Source: Gnetum montanum
Taxonomy: Eukaryota > Plantae > Gnetophyta
Length of the DNA: 64,000 nt
NCBI GenBank assembly: GCA_015680685.1
Contig: MNCI01002328.1
Location: forward strand, 58,172 to 122,171
Direction: 5' to 3'
Part shown: piece by piece, positions 13,057 through 27,832 of the stretch
How the letters are laid out: every line of letters begins with the position of its first letter
How positions within the stretch are numbered: position 1 is the stretch's first letter
Position numbers and translations under genes: made by a program
The notes under the pieces: generated by a model
The model's database searches: none
Told to the model about the DNA's origin: nothing
What the model saw: the letters and a program-made list of their open reading frames with translations, nothing else

Positions 13057-13570
13057 TGGTAACAAGTAGTGTCCAATGCTCTACCCACATGAAGACAAAT
13101 GTACACAAAGTCAGTTTTTTTAATTTATTTTTTAGTTGATGGATGGATGCAAACTATTTTGGCCCCAACTCACCTTTATATTGCATAAATTTCTTTATTT
13201 TCACTATGGAGAATGACTTCTCAAGTTCCCTAAGTATGGCCCTAATCATTTCCTATAAATTGTAAGGCCATACATGAATGAAATGACCTATTTTGAAGGT
13301 AATAAAGTTTACATTTTATTTTCTTCGCAATTTTATGATTTTTCATATTTCTTTCTTTTCTCATTTACACATCTACACATCTACATTTCTTTTGTCATTA
13401 GTCATTAGTGCAACCAAATTATCAAACAACCATCATATTAAATGCATTATCAAGATTTCTATAACTCACTTTTTCACAATCCAGAATCTCAAACATTCTA
13501 GAATTATCACATCTAGAAGATCAAAAGTTAAAACTACATAAGTCAATAATTGAAGAAGAAGTTTTTAACA
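13057..13570. mobile_element. Small solo LTR (514 bp)
   Basis: TG...CA ends and TSD AACAT (13052-13056 / 13571-13575). Absent at the equivalent site of the paralogous repeat (~29670, ~42810). Confidence 0.75.
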
Positions 13571-15357
13571 AACATCACTATCTAACCCTACCCATACATA
13601 TACTTACTTCGGCTTAATATCCTAAGTCATTGGACCCAGGGGGGTTGAGATGCACAACACTCGAAGGTTTTCAATGATGCAGGTGCCATTTGTAAGTGTG
13701 TCCCCACCTCACGTATGATCCTTGGTCACCTATCTTTGGGGTATATTAAGGTGTAGTTCAAAAATGATGGTGGAGCTAAGCCTTGTTTGTGTAGTTTAGA
13801 ACTCAAAGATAACTCAACTTGCAGTTGGATGGTGACCAAATTCTTTGAGTTGGATGGCCCTCAATGTGGGAATGTAACGCCACATTGCATGAGCAAAGTT
13901 GTTAAAACCTATATTTTTAATTCCCAACCATTGTTTGAAGTTTATTATAGTTTAAATAATCTTGTATGGCGGAAATGTAGTGGAGGACTATGAGTACATC
14001 CAACCACATCTATTGGTGCTGTTTGTAAAATGAAACTTGAAACAAATGAGTCACACATGTTTGATGCTTTCTAGCTTGGCAAGTGATGCAAAGTGTTAGC
14101 AATCACCTTGGAAAATGCTAGTTTTTAAGATATCATAGTGCTACTAAAGATAGATGATATGCAATAAATGCATCAATCCTTAGGATTATTAGAAGTGCCA
14201 AGGTCTTATCCTATCAACAACTTGTTATGTTTAATGAGGAAAGTAGGTCCGTAGGCCCTGTAATCAACCCATCATTATGAGTCACACCCGTATTAGTTGC
14301 TAATGTAAGTATAAGACCATGTTTTAAGAGGGTTGGAAAATAAGAGAAAATTTATACTGATCTATAAAGGGTAGTTATTAGGGGTCCTACAACTTGGTGG
14401 TATGAGCATTGAGGCTTTGGGTGATTATCTTTTTTTTTAATACTCTGTTTCTCTAATTTCTGCAGTTTGTTCATGTTTCTGGGACTTAGCAATATGTTGT
14501 GTATTGATCTTTAGTATGCAATGTCTTATGTAGGGCTCAAAAAATGTCACAACTCTTGATCAAGTTGATCAACAATCCTACATTTTTGTTAACTCAATAT
14601 CATAATTAGTTACCATATGCTAACCTTTCATGGTTACAAATCTATCAACAAATAAGATGTTTCGCATGATGAAATTGACAATAAAGAATCAAATCCGTAA
14701 CATGCTGACCCCAATTTTATCTTCATTTCTTTTTTCTTTTTAAAAATAAACGTTGATTCTTGGGGCTTGCCTGTTTTTAGGCATTGGAAATGAGTTCTTT
14801 TCTATATTTTGTTCATGTTCATTTCAATTTCTATAAATGCTATAATGCAGAGGACTAATTGATGTAAAAAGTATATCTGTTGCTATGTATTCTAAGAGAG
14901 ATTAACTTTTAAAAAAAAGTTGCTATAAAAAAATGAAATGCCATTTAAAGAAGGCGTTTGAATGTGCTTATTTGTGTGTGTGTGTATATATACATAAAGT
15001 TTGCTCTTCAACCTTTGGTAGCAAGGAATTTCTTAACCACTCTCTATAATTCTTTCATGTGCAATAGCGCTTTGAGGGTTTAACTAATATTGAAAGAGAG
15101 CGTGTGTTTCTGTAAGGAAAAGTCTCAAATAATAATCTGGCCAAAGATTTTTGAGTTTGATACTAAATCGTTTTGGTGCAATATTTGAATATGCTTCAGT
15201 GCTGTCCTTATTCTAGCATTCAGTTATGTAAAAAGTTTTCCTAGTTGTTTATAACCATTTTTAGATGTATTGAATTCAAAATTAATCCTTGAAATGCATT
15301 TGCATTTTGTTTTGCATATGTAGAATGAGTCAAGTGTCTAGATTATATCATTTGCAG

Positions 15358-15690
15358 GGAAGGTTCAGTTCGTGGATATGGAGTACGGTCTGCATCATCT
15401 GAGAAAGGCTTAGATTCTTGGGTGGATGATCCCATAACTCGGTATATTATCAGCCTTAAAATTGATACCAAGGATGGGAAAACTTCTCCTTTTTTGTTAT
15501 GGCCTTTCATTTTACACATCAAGGGTCAATATCGTATTTTAATTCTTCCTCTGGTGGAGCCATATCAGTTAGCTGCCTATGAAAGAATTTGCCAAAGGGA
15601 TGATTGTGGAAATCCAAGTGAAGTAAATGCAAATGGACCCATTAGGGGGAGCCTTTCATATCTGATGCTTGAACTCCCATGCATTACAGG
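15358..15690 (+). CDS. AP5M1: AP-5 complex subunit mu, internal exon
   Basis: AG/GT boundaries. EGSVRGYGVRS...DSWVDDPITR...LLWP...ELPCITG matches plant AP5 mu as I recall it. Phase 2 joins the next exon. Confidence 0.9.
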
Positions 15691-17698
15691 GTAAATGAAT
15701 TGCTTCTTATCATTCTAATTAGTTTCAATATGTTGTACAGATTAATACCGGTAAATCAAGGCCAAACTTTTTTTTATGAAACTAAATATCACCAAAGTTG
15801 TTTCAGTCTATATGATTACATGCTTATATTTTTTTTTGTGCATCTAAGGCTATTTGACCATATGTGCCCCATTTTGACATATACCAGCATGATACTTTCA
15901 CTGTACTTAAGCCAAAATGTCTTTGTGTAATGTGCTTCGTTAGGGAGCAATGACTAACACTGAAAGCCTCCCAAATGCTGCTGAGATATGCCAGGATAAT
16001 TTCTTTGAAGCAATCAGCCAATATTTACAACCTAACTAGACAAAAATGTAGAAAAACGTACTATTTGTAACCAGATAGCAGCATCATTAATGCTACAATA
16101 ATTATGATTAAAATTTTCAATCAGAAATTAGATAAAGGTCAACAACAAACCTATTTATATGAACAACTTGTTGACTGAGAAAAAAGAACACACCGAAAAT
16201 TGATTTCACAATTATTCAACAGAGAATGAAAAGCATATTTTTTCAAGCAACATTATCTACATAAAATCATTACAGACATAACTACTAAATTAAAAGTTAT
16301 TCAAGGTATGTTGTCAAAAGTAATTAAACTACACACATCAGCAATGGATAATAGAAAAACATTTTCTTTAACAAGTAAAAAGAGGCTAATAGAAATACGT
16401 CTAATATTAATCTTACAGCTAAATACCAATGGATTAACATCCCTTTCCCCTACATTAATGGTCTTATTGAATGATACATGAATTAGACTTGAAAAAGTAC
16501 ATAAATCTATTGGAGGTTATCAATTCAAGAAACCAAGGATTCAAACGGTTTTTCGAGACTTTAATAATTCACAAATCAGACATGGCTCAAAGGATACTCT
16601 TGCTTTCTGGTAGCATCACCAACAGTCAGGAATCCTGTGCCGTCATCTTTCACCCTTCCTGGCATAGAGGTTAATGCCAAAACGATCGAATTCACAATGG
16701 GTATTTTTTGATTCTTCACAGAAACAAGTCTCATGGAGGGGGTTAAAACTTATAAGCATGTTTTCTTACCCAGCTAGCGTTTAAAATTCAAAATTGGTCC
16801 GAAGATAATACTAGCAGTAGAAAATGAAAGCCAAAAGAAATTAAAATTTATTAATGCATGCCCAATCAATCAATCATTATATTCAGATTACAATCCCAAT
16901 TCAGTACAATATCATACACAATCTTACAACAAATCACATATACAAACACCGCCATAAATTTCCAATCAGCATTTTGATTTTATGATTTCAAGTCTTGGTA
17001 CCAGATTTGCCAGAAAAGGAAGTTTGGATTATTGTTATGTGGTTCTTCCATTGTAACTAACAAGCAATGTAGGTAGATAAAGATGTCTTGTCAAATAGAG
17101 AGTGCTGGGGGGCTTTAAAGGGATTACTCCGGATATCCATAACATGTTAAATTTGTTTTTGTATGCTTTTTGGTATTTAAAAAAACAAAACATGTAAATT
17201 GTTCCAAAATTTGTGTGAACTTTGGTAATCTGATGAAATTTTACCATTGCAAGGAAGTTAATCACACGATGTGTGAATTCTTTGGTAAAGGTTTCGTCAG
17301 GCAAAATCATCATGTTCCCTAGGTCTTCTGTTGTTGATCTTGCTGTATTGGACTTCACAGCAGTCTTGTATGATAAAAATTAAACTTGTTTCACAGGGTT
17401 AAATAGTAGGTATGGCAATTAATAGATGCAATGGACATTTTATTCAAGTCATCACTGTGCTAAAATACATCTGAAATATATAATGTTTACAGGCTATTAA
17501 AGTTAGCAATCAGAAATGCTCAAATCATTTTCTTATGTGTATGAGACATCCAACTAGATATCAGACATTTAAGATAACATAACTATTTGGTTCTTGTACA
17601 CATTGAAATATATTGCTATCTATTTATTGTTATTGATTGCAAATGACCTTTCCATGAACTTTGAAAGCACAGTCACCAAGAACTAGTTCTTTTTACAG

Positions 17699-17991
17699 GG
17701 CCTTCTTAGTGGCACAATCTCTTGCAGATTTGGTAATGGGTGAGTACATTGAGCCAGAGATTGTTATTCCTCCTCCCTCTGGAGGGCTTTTAGACTCATT
17801 AACGGGAAGCATGGGAATAGCTAGCATTGGTACAAGGGCAAAGCCTGTAGGAGTATCTCCTGCAACTACTCCAACTGCCACTTCTGCATCTTCAGGTTCT
17901 GCCACAGCAGACATTGGTAGTGGTAAAACTAGTTCAAAGGCAGTTGACAAAGATTCATTGCGTAGTTTTATTAGCAGTGCAATGCCTTTTG
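17699..17991 (+). CDS. AP5M1: AP-5 complex subunit mu, internal exon
   Basis: ttttacag|G and G|gtatgc boundaries. AFLVAQSLAD...GGLLDSLTGSMGI...DKDSLRSFISSAMPFG. Phases are compatible on both sides. Confidence 0.92.
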
Positions 17992-18109
17992 GTATGCATA
18001 TTTCTCCATTTTATGGTTGTTTTTGGATTAGTACTTTGACTAGTATTCCCTTTTTGATTAGGGGATCTTCTTGGTAGTATTTCTCATTGTGAAGACAATG
18101 TGAATTCAG

Positions 18110-19014
18110 GTACACCATTGGACCTCGGTATTGGTAACATTACAACAATGAGATTGACTGGGTTTTCTGCAACGGATGTTCCACATGGAGATCTCAAACA
18201 GCCAGCTTGGAAACCTTACCTCTTTAAAGGGAAGCAGAGGATTCTTTTTATGATTCATGAGGTCATAACTGCTGCAATGTATGATAGTGATGATGTTCCA
18301 GATACTATCTCTATTTCTGGTCAGATAAATTGTCGTGCAGATTTGGAAGGTCTACCAGATGTATCCCTTCCATTATCAGGATTAAATGCTGCACATATTG
18401 AAGCATTATCTTTTCATCCCTGCGCACAGGTACCTGAGCAAGGTGTGGATAAGCAAACTTTAATATTTTCTCCACCCCTTGGAAATTTTATTCTGTTACG
18501 CTATCAAGCTGCCCTTGGCAACCTGGGTCCTCCAATCAAAGGATTTTACCAACTTTCTATGGTCTCTGAAGATGAGGGTGCATTTCTTTTCAAATTGAAA
18601 TTAATGGAAGGGTACAAGAGTCCCTTTACCATGGAATTTTGCACAGTCACTATTCCATTTCCACAACGCAGGATAATTCTAGTTGACGGGAATCCATCAA
18701 TAGGGACAGTGCTAACCACTGAGCATTCTGTTGAATGGAAAATTGTTGTAGTTGGACGCAGTATATCTGCCAAAAGTTTGGAAGCAAGTTTCTCTGGAAC
18801 AATCAAATTTGCATCTAGAAGGGCTAGTACTCATAGAAGTTCTTCAAAGCCAAATTTGCTGCAAGAAGTCTCAATTCAAGGGCGCATTGATACCGAGGGT
18901 GAAGATTTAAATGGCCTAAATGAGGTAGAAATCCTAGATAGAAAGGCAAATGAGGGCCTAAATGCAGCTGAGTTGGAGGAGCCTTTTTGTTGGGATGCTA
19001 ATGACTATGCAAGA
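18110..19014 (+). CDS. AP5M1: AP-5 complex subunit mu, exon encoding the mu-homology domain
   Basis: GTPLDL...KQPAWKPYLFKGKQR...GQINCRADLEGLPDVS...SFHPCAQ...FSPPLGNF...EEPFCW. AG/GT boundaries. Confidence 0.95.
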
Positions 19015-22000
19015 GTGAGTTTTTAATTTGGCAACTTTCTATATTTGTTACATTTTCCTTCATTATGTGGATTACGATGAATGCTTGTATATCTTCCCTT
19101 ACGAAAATACTAATGTCTTAGCAGAAATTGCTACGATTTTGTTCCAATCTAAGAATGTACGGTGAAAATTACTTTGCTATTGTAAGATCTTACATTCTGA
19201 TAAACATTCACATCTGAAAGTTGAATATGGATTCACATTGAGATTCCCTCAATTTGAAAATTGAACTTTTGTTGTGGGTCTTATTTTTCCTGTCTACATC
19301 TGCTTCTCAAATACGCATGCTTGAATTAATGAATCTAAACAAGTAAGAAAACAATTTTTCTAAAATAAATTTTTTGCATTATTACTTGCATGCTTGATAA
19401 ATCGCCTGTTTGTGCTAATGATGGTACAATGTTGTACACCCTAGTTACATTTTAATGTTGCACCTCATGCTGTATGTGGTGGTAATGATGTTGCCCTTTG
19501 GCATTGTCTAGCATGACCCGAGGTCTCTAGGTAACCAAATTCATGAACGCTACTTAAGTGGAGCACACTTTGAGGACTTGCATGCAATACACAATCATGG
19601 ACACCTGATAGCAGGCTAGCATACTGGCACAACATTGAGTGGCATACCTAGAATAACACCCATTCATAGGGAGCAAGAGCAAACACCCGAAGCCCTAAAA
19701 AAAAAGCTGGTTGAAAGAAGAAAATGGATAGGTGACTTTTTCCTATAATAATCAAACTGACAGTAATATTTAAAATTAAAATGAAATCAGCAATGCCAAG
19801 ATCTAGTTCTGCAATAGGTCAATCAATATTAATTTTAAGAATTAAAAGGTAATTTTAAAAAGAAATTGCCACAGTAAAAATCTGTGCAAGATTCATCAGA
19901 TTTGAAAATCAAACTCTTTTTTTATTCAACCTAAAAAGAAATATTTAATCAAGATCATTTACACATTTCTAAACCAAAGAAATGACCACAAAGGCAGATA
20001 AATCAATAATCTCAGATTTATTCAATTACATAACAATATTTTATATTTTTCCATCAACACACAAAAGAAGACCATTTGAATTTAACTTTTGTAACTGTTG
20101 TACGATTAATTATTTAATCAAGCAATTTATATGTTCAACAGTAGAGAATAGATAGATCACAACTATAAATTAACATCTTAGGTTTCCCCCACTCCATAAC
20201 ACTTATAGAAAGATATCAAAATCAGATTTGAGAAGGTATAAAAAAAAATTAAATCAAGATTTGGATCCAAGATTTATGCATTCAAATGGGAAGGGTTCAT
20301 CAACCAAATTCCAACCAAAACCCAAGACTTCAACAATTCTAAAACATCCACAATTATCCATGGGCCCAAGGATACTCTTACTGTTTGCCTACGATGCCAA
20401 TCCTCATATCAGGGATCCTTGGCCCCTGTTGGCAATCTTTTGCCAAAAATGTCCCAAATCGTTATGGGTGTTTCTGAATTGTTACAAAAACAACTCTCAT
20501 CCAAATCATTTAGGTGTGAGAATGCAAAGTACAAGTGGAGAGATCCAGAAAGGATTCAACAAGCCAAGCTTACAACAACAATCTTGATAATTTCATAGAA
20601 GCATTGTGAAGGTGATTAGGCAAGTAAGAAGAAAAGTTGAGAAAATTAGCCTTTGTTGGCCATTATAAAACATAACAAAGATGGATCATTTTACCTCCTT
20701 ACCTAGATTTCTTGCTTACTAGAAGGAATCATCAGAATGTTGGATTGCTATGTAGTGTTGGTTTTCTTTCTTTCCGTTATATCTTGTAGTAGCCATAGTC
20801 TTTTCTCCCTTCACAGCCACACTTCCCTAGCACCCCCCGCACGCCCAACCATCCACCCCCCTCCCCTTTTTCTTTTTTTGTCTTGCTCAACTACTTTTGC
20901 CTTGTGTGTTTTGTTTTTTATTTCCTCCTCTCCCTATTTGTTGGTGGAATAAAAGATAGTAGATTGTTTCTTGTAATTGACTCTTTCTTAGAAACTGTTT
21001 GTTTTCTTTTCTTTGCCTTTTAAAGTTCTTTTTTTTCCTCACACCAATGAGTCATGAGTTTAATTCTTTTCATGATCACTATCAAAAATCAATAAAATAT
21101 GTATATTCACAAGTTAAGGTTCAATTCTTAAATTAACAATTTTTTGATACTTTAGAATTTAGATTTTGCTAGATCTTAGGTTCAATTCCTTTTGATAATT
21201 ACAAAACATTCTAGCATAATATCCATCTTTGCACCACTTAGGATTGTCATAAGATGCAAGGAAAGAGTTTTTAAAATAGACACATGATAAGGGCAAGTTT
21301 ATGATACATAATCAAATAAGACACCTTCTTTTTTAAGTCATCAGCGATGTGAATTTTCCCATTGTCTTACGAGCCTTGAAAGGTCATCATGTGACCTTTT
21401 TACAACCATGGAGAGGCTATTTATACTATATTATTTTAAACTAAAAAGAACAATGCATTACATTTAGATGAAATATTTCATATGCTTATATAAAAAAAAT
21501 ATAAAGCTATGGTATTTGCAGATAATATCCTTGGTTCATGGGTTAGGTTTCTCCAACTTGAATCATAGGTCATTTTCCTTAGTAACGAGCATTCTTTTGC
21601 ATTTCTTTTTTAAATCATTTACATCTCAACATACCTGTTTTAGCTCTTGAGGCACACATTAGAGTATTGTCCTCTATTGTTTTCTGTTTCTCAACATCTT
21701 TGTTGAAATAGAACAGAAAATATTTTGTTTTCCCATAATACATTTAAACATTTTGTTTTCCCAGAAAGTATTTAAACATTTAATCATAATACATATAAAA
21801 ATGAGGTCAACAACTTTATTACTATTCCAATTAGTCACTTTCCACCATAGTCCAAGCAAGGCACACACACAACCTCATAACAAGATATGCAGACAAACAC
21901 ACAAAAATACTATTACAATCATTAATGCAAAAACTCAAGGAGAAGTGGTTCGTTACAGTTAGCATACTAGCACAACATTGAGTGGCATCCCTAGAGTAAA

Positions 22001-22989
22001 GTTACTATGATCTTCTTAATAGTAGTTGTGATCCTTATAATGCTGCTATACTAGTAGTTGCTGTTGGATCATCTCAGCTACTATCCCATCAAAAGTGCAT
22101 TGTTCAAATACATGGTCCTAATACATTGTCACCAAAGTCATAATCACCAACTGTGAAGCACTAGCACACTGATTACTAGAACTAATCATCAATTTTACTT
22201 GTAGGGCATTAGCATGCTGCTCAAAATTGTGATTTGCAACTTCACCATGATACCAAGTATAATGACACTATGTTCTACCATCATTGGGACTACTTGAAGT
22301 CTCTATATGGTTGAATCTGTGACACCTCAAAATGTATAGAGCTGATTCATAACCCACATCTTATCCTCCTAAAACCTTTGACATATTTAATATATATTAG
22401 GATAGAATTTACCTGCGGAGAAAAGGGACAATGTTTTCATGTAAATAATGGCATGGCCAAATGACCTACAACCTGGTTAAGATAATTTAGTTATTTGTTT
22501 CTGTTGGATGCTAGGTCTTCACCTGCCTATCCTTCTTCTGATTTTCCTGGGTCTTGGTTAAGTTAGTAGATGACTTATGAAAATGAGTGAAATGGAACTT
22601 TGCTATGGGAGGCATCCATCATTGGTTCATGCATTCCATGTTGTCCTCTAAAAGAGATGCATGTAGATAGATCAACTAGGTTAGTGAGTTAGTGAACTAG
22701 TAGCCACCATGACAGTCCTTTTAGGTAGATAGAAGGAAAGTTACCATCGTTTGTGATGAGCCATGATGACAAGCCAAAACTGCTTTTATGAGGTTTGCAG
22801 AATTCTGGCTGAAGGAGTGTCCCTAGTCAAGCTGCTAAGATAGAGATAATTTCTTCCAATCAAATAGAATCCCTAAGCAAACTGATTACTAATTTAAAAA
22901 TTTCTAAATAAGTATGATTCATTCCTAACCTAGGTAAATTTTCAACGTTCACAATAGGATAATTCATTAGAAACTTCTAAATTCTTCCT

Positions 22990-23510
22990 TGCCTCCCTCT
23001 ATTGGGGCTGTAACTTGGGCCTCATTCTAGCCCTTTGGGCAGCGACCAAGCCACAAGAGCTAGTTTCAGGGAAACCTCATTTCTTCAGTGTGGTATATGA
23101 GTGGCGGAGGTTGACCCAGGAAGGGTTGTCCTTGTCCTCTACTCTTGTGGGTGTGGTAGAGCTTAGGGGGCTTCTAGGGACTGGAGAGAGCTTTGATTGG
23201 TAGGAGTTGGCCACCAACCAACAACCTGGGTACTAACAGTAGTTGTAGCAAGTGGAGGAGGAGATTCGTGAGGAGATGGAGGCCAAGTTTGTGGTAGAGA
23301 TCTGTTAGGTTATTGCCAAGATTGAATTGAGGGTGAGGGCCGAAGACCAAGCCAGGTGGGTGGCGGAATTGGTGAAAAGGGACTAGGAAGACTTGGTGTG
23401 GAGGCAGGATGAGGAATTGCACAAAGAGACAAGGCTGCTGAGGAACAACAATAGTGGGAGGTTAGGGAGGTGATGCTTAGAATTGTGCGGGCGGGGATTT
23501 TGCACTATTT
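22990..23510 (+). mobile_element. Short internal fragment of the J-domain LINE family
   Basis: GCNLGLILALW motif followed by E/R-rich coiled-coil coding sequence. Flanked by near-direct repeats taaattcttcct (22978-22989) / taaattgttcct (23511-23522). Confidence 0.6.
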
Positions 23511-24123
23511 TAAATTGTTCCTAATTGGCATGAAAATCACCTTATCTTTGTTAAAACACCAACATACTTCACTATTCATAAATTTTTGTACAAGTTTCTT
23601 TTTCTTTTACTCTTTTTTGGTGCAAATAATGCTGTATGATAGTAAACAAAAGCAGCATCTGCCCTTGTTTCAAGTGATTTGTTCCTAGCAAAAATCATGT
23701 TTAACATATAACAAGAAAAAATGAAGTTTCTTTAAAAGCACACTCATTGCTGCCTATTATGCACAAAATAGCAAAAACAAGTTTTCCTTAAGGATGCATT
23801 CATTGTTGTCCATATGAACTTATTGTTGTAAATTTATTTGCCTACGTTAATGGCTTACCCTATTTGGTTTGGATAAAGACACCATGATGATGATGATGAT
23901 GCTATGGGTGCAAAAGATTCCTTAAACACTATCTCAGTAGTTTAAGTGTCTAACAAAACCATGGAGAAAGATGATAACAAACCTACCAAAGATAATGCAT
24001 TGATTTTTTTTGAAAGAAAAGGTGGAGCAATGAAGACCATCCACACATCATAGGATGTAAAATATAGAATTTGGTATTATTTATTAATGAAAGAGAGAAT
24101 TTTTATGTTATTTAATGAAGATT

Positions 24124-27100
24124 TGTTGGCAAGAAACAACACAATGGAGCATATGGTTAAAAAAAGTGTGTGAGAGAAAACATAGAGATAACATTGCAGA
24201 AAAATCCTAACGATAATGAATGAAATGTCAAACTGAAACCGAAACTGGAACTAGAACAAAATTGATACATAATGGAATTAAGAAACAGAAGATTTACGAG
24301 GTAAAACCCTCAAGAACAAGGGGAAACCTCCATAGGAGAAGCCCAACTCTTATAGCCCAATTGATCCAAATGAGGTGTTCACACAATGACTAGGGTTCTA
24401 GCCCTTGAATAGGTAAAACTATATTATGGACTCTAATCTGGAAACATTTGAAAGTTATCTTTCTATAAGGTTCTCAACAATGTGGAACATTTCAAAGATT
24501 CACTTCTAAATAAAAAATGTATACCATAGAACTATTTAGAAAAAACCCATTAACTAACAATATCTCATTTCTTACTAAAAAGCCATATTTATTAATTAAA
24601 TAATAAAGCTACAAGATTTAGCTTCACATTCATAACAATCTCGCACTTGAAGATAAATCTTGCTTTTGCACTAAGCAACTAAGTTGCTCCATGAAAATAT
24701 TACTGTCTCCATTCACATGACATCTTGCTTTAACAACATACTTTCCATGAAAATTGTCATTAGTTAGAGCACTTCTTGAATTGACCGAAGGTAAAAACAT
24801 GATAAAGAGAACACATATGCAGTTATTATAAAACTTACTAGGGCCTCCTAGACACTTTGCAAAACTAAGATCTTCTATCAGCCTATGGAAATTAATAGAC
24901 AATAGACAATCTCATGCTTGTGCAAAAGAGATGCAGAATAGTTAGTTGTAATGAATCCCTCTTTAGTTTCAATAAATTTTCCATTCTTCATGCAACAAAC
25001 ATAAACCTGGATACAACACAAAAGACATTGGAAACTATACAACATTGATATTTGCATATGGAGAGAATATAATAGATGTTAAAATTTAGTTCTTTCTTCT
25101 GCATTAGATACAACTCATGTTGAAGCAAACTTGCAATCTTTCTATACATGCCTATGTTTACGGCGTATCCAATAAATTGATATTCTTTTTTTCTTACTGC
25201 TCTTCATAACCAATGCTTTTTTGAGAACAATGCACTTCTACCATTCTAGGAATGTTGGTGACTTTCTCATAGTCCATTGCTGTTAAAGTATTAGCACTGT
25301 TTGCGGTTGTGTTATGACCCTAGCTTGTTGGTGATGTTCCCAACAAAATCAACAAATGTTTGTCACTTGAAACTTTGTGACATATTTCTTCTAGATCTGC
25401 TGCTGCAACATTAAATTTTGCCAAAAATTCAGAGTGTTTCAGCTTCTTGCATTTCAAGCTAATGTAATTTCGTATGCAGAAAAACCTAATTAGACGATGT
25501 AGTAGCTTGAAGCCTTGAATCTAATTTCCTTCCAATATTATATCAAAATTGAATATGAAATGCACCTACCAATCAAACCTAGTGCCCTTTGATCTAATTT
25601 TTCAAAATTTTCATTAGTCATAAAAGATAGTTTTTCTGTCAAAATAACATCCCATTCCTTTTCATACAACAAATCTAGGACCTTCATCTTCTAAAGGTTG
25701 TAGAATCTTCTATCAAACTTTTGAACCAAAGCCATGTCCATGACTCCTACTCAAGCAAGAAACTTCAAAATAAAAACTGAAAATTTAGATGAATCAAATG
25801 AAACACCTTAACATTCATTCCAAATTTATTCAACAAGTTTCAGGAGGGGGGAATGTTGGATGATTGGAGGAGGAGCACTATAATATCCATCTACAAGAAT
25901 AAGGGAGGCATCCAAAATCGTGGGAGCAATAGAGGTATCACGCTTATGAGCCATACCATGAAGCTATGGGAAAAGGTAACAGAACAATGCTTAAGGCAAG
26001 GTTCAATTGTTTCTAAGAATCAATTTGGTTTTATGCCTAGAAGATGTACTATGGAAGCTATCTTCTTACAATGATGAAGAAATTTAGGTGTAAGAGAAGG
26101 AACTTACATATGATTTTCATTGACTTGGAGAAAGCATATGATAGAGTTCCCCAAGATATTATTTTGTGGATGTTAAAAGTGGAAGGATATTCCTATTGGG
26201 TACATAAACACTATTCAAGATGGACAAGAGAGCAATAACTTGAGTTTGTACAAGTTATGGAGAAATGTTAGACTTTTCTTATGCAGGTTTACACCAAGGA
26301 TTTGCTCTAAGCCCTTATTTGTTTGTCATATTATGGAAGACATAATCAAAGGTATTCAAGATATGCTTTTTGTTGATGATATTGTTTTTTAGATAAATCT
26401 AAGGATTTTTTGATTGCAAAAATGAAAACTTGGGGAACACTGTAGAGTCAAAAGGATTGAGAATTAGTAGAAGTAAAATGGAATACATGGAGTACACTTT
26501 TAATAGAAAACAAAGTAATGAAGAAATGAAGATTAGAACCCAAAACCACAAAGTTTTTTAATGTAAGCAATTTAGATACTTGGGTTTCTAGTTCAAGTAG
26601 ATGCTGAGACTAACAATTGTGTGACAAATAGAATTGAACTAGGATGGACAAAATGACAAGAAGCTAGTGGTGTTGCTTTGTGATAGGAGGATTCCTAGTA
26701 GGTTGAAGGGTGAGTTTTACAAAACTACTATCAAACCTACGATTCTTTATAGTGCAAATGCCAGCATATTAGAAAACATTTGTTGCAATGCGTGCATGTG
26801 GTAGGGATGCTTATGCTAAGGTGGATGTTGGGTGTGACTAGAAAAGATCAAATTCACAATTTTCTTATTAGGGGAGAGTTGGGAATAGCTCTCATAGATG
26901 AGAGTATTAAGGAGAGTTATCTTAGATGGTTTGGTCATGTGTTACGAAGATAAAAGAATGTTCTTGATAGAAGATGTTATTTTATTAAAGTTGAAGGAAA
27001 CTAATAAAGAGGTAGATCAACGCATAATTGGTTTGCTTACATAAACAACAACGTCCAAGATTTGGGTATTAATGCTTATTTGGCTCTTAGTAGAAGCAAA

Positions 27101-27832
27101 TGATAGAAAAGAACTCATAAGCCTAGGATGACGATGACGATGATGGGTAATATCATTATTGCACTTAAAATTTCTATAACTTCTTTAAGATTTTCAGAAA
27201 TTTTATTTTTTGCAAAATCCTACCTGTGCACTATTGAACCTTGATCCAACCTACACAGTAATACACAGTAATACTCACCATAGAGAAAACCAGCAAGCCC
27301 TCAACCTTGCTTTGATATCATTGTGTTAGCTAAAAAACCATACAACAAAGCACATGGATAGAAAAATGACAACATGTGAGAGAAAACATAGAAATAACAA
27401 TGTAGAAAAATCATGAAGATAATTAATGAAATGCAAAACTGAAATTGGAACTAGAACAATAATTGTACAAAATGGCAAATAGAAAATACAAGATTTATGA
27501 GGTAAAATCCTTAAAAATAGAGGGAAACCTCCATAGGAGAAGCCCAACTATTATTGCTTGATTTATCTAAATGAGGTGTTGACACAATGACTAGGGATCC
27601 AACCCTTGAGTAGGCAAAACCATGTTACGGGCTCTAATCTAGAAACATCTGGAAGTTATCCTTTTAGAAGGATTTCAACGTAGAACATTCTAAAGAATCA
27701 CTTGAATTAAAAAACATACACCATAGAACCATATAGAAAGAAGCCATGACTAAAAATAGCTTATCCCTTAAAAAAGACCATGTTTATCAATTAAGCAATA
27801 AAGCTATAAGATTTAGCTTCACATACATAACA
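24124..27832 (-). mobile_element. Internally deleted, old copia-like LTR element with a nested RTE
   Basis: Two diverged ~510-bp LTRs (24124-24637, 27324-27832), TG...CA. Degenerate PBS gctttgatatca (27309-27320). PPT-like sequence just after 24637. TSD agatt/ggatt. Confidence 0.75.
25824..27145 (+). mobile_element. 5'-truncated RTE-clade LINE
   Basis: DDWRRSTIISIYKNKG, RGITLMSHTMKLWEK, NQFGFMP, FIDLEKAYDRVP, FVDD, LRWFGHV motifs and a (GAT/GAC)n tail. Confidence 0.88.

Larger units (their letters stand above)
1..14391. mobile_element. Large solo-LTR family copy 1, partial and inverted relative to the other two copies; LTR sequence at 1-150 and 12864-14391, interrupted by a LINE and a small solo LTR
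   Basis: 1-150 joined to 12864 onward is the reverse complement of ~28880-29990 and ~42030-43130. It ends in ...ggggtcctaca, the reverse complement of the family terminus TGTAGGACCCC. Confidence 0.8.

Noticed and set aside
19430-22300. Possible old LTR-element remnants (~40-bp direct repeat at ~19617 and ~21960)
   Set aside because: No defensible termini, TSD or coding motifs.
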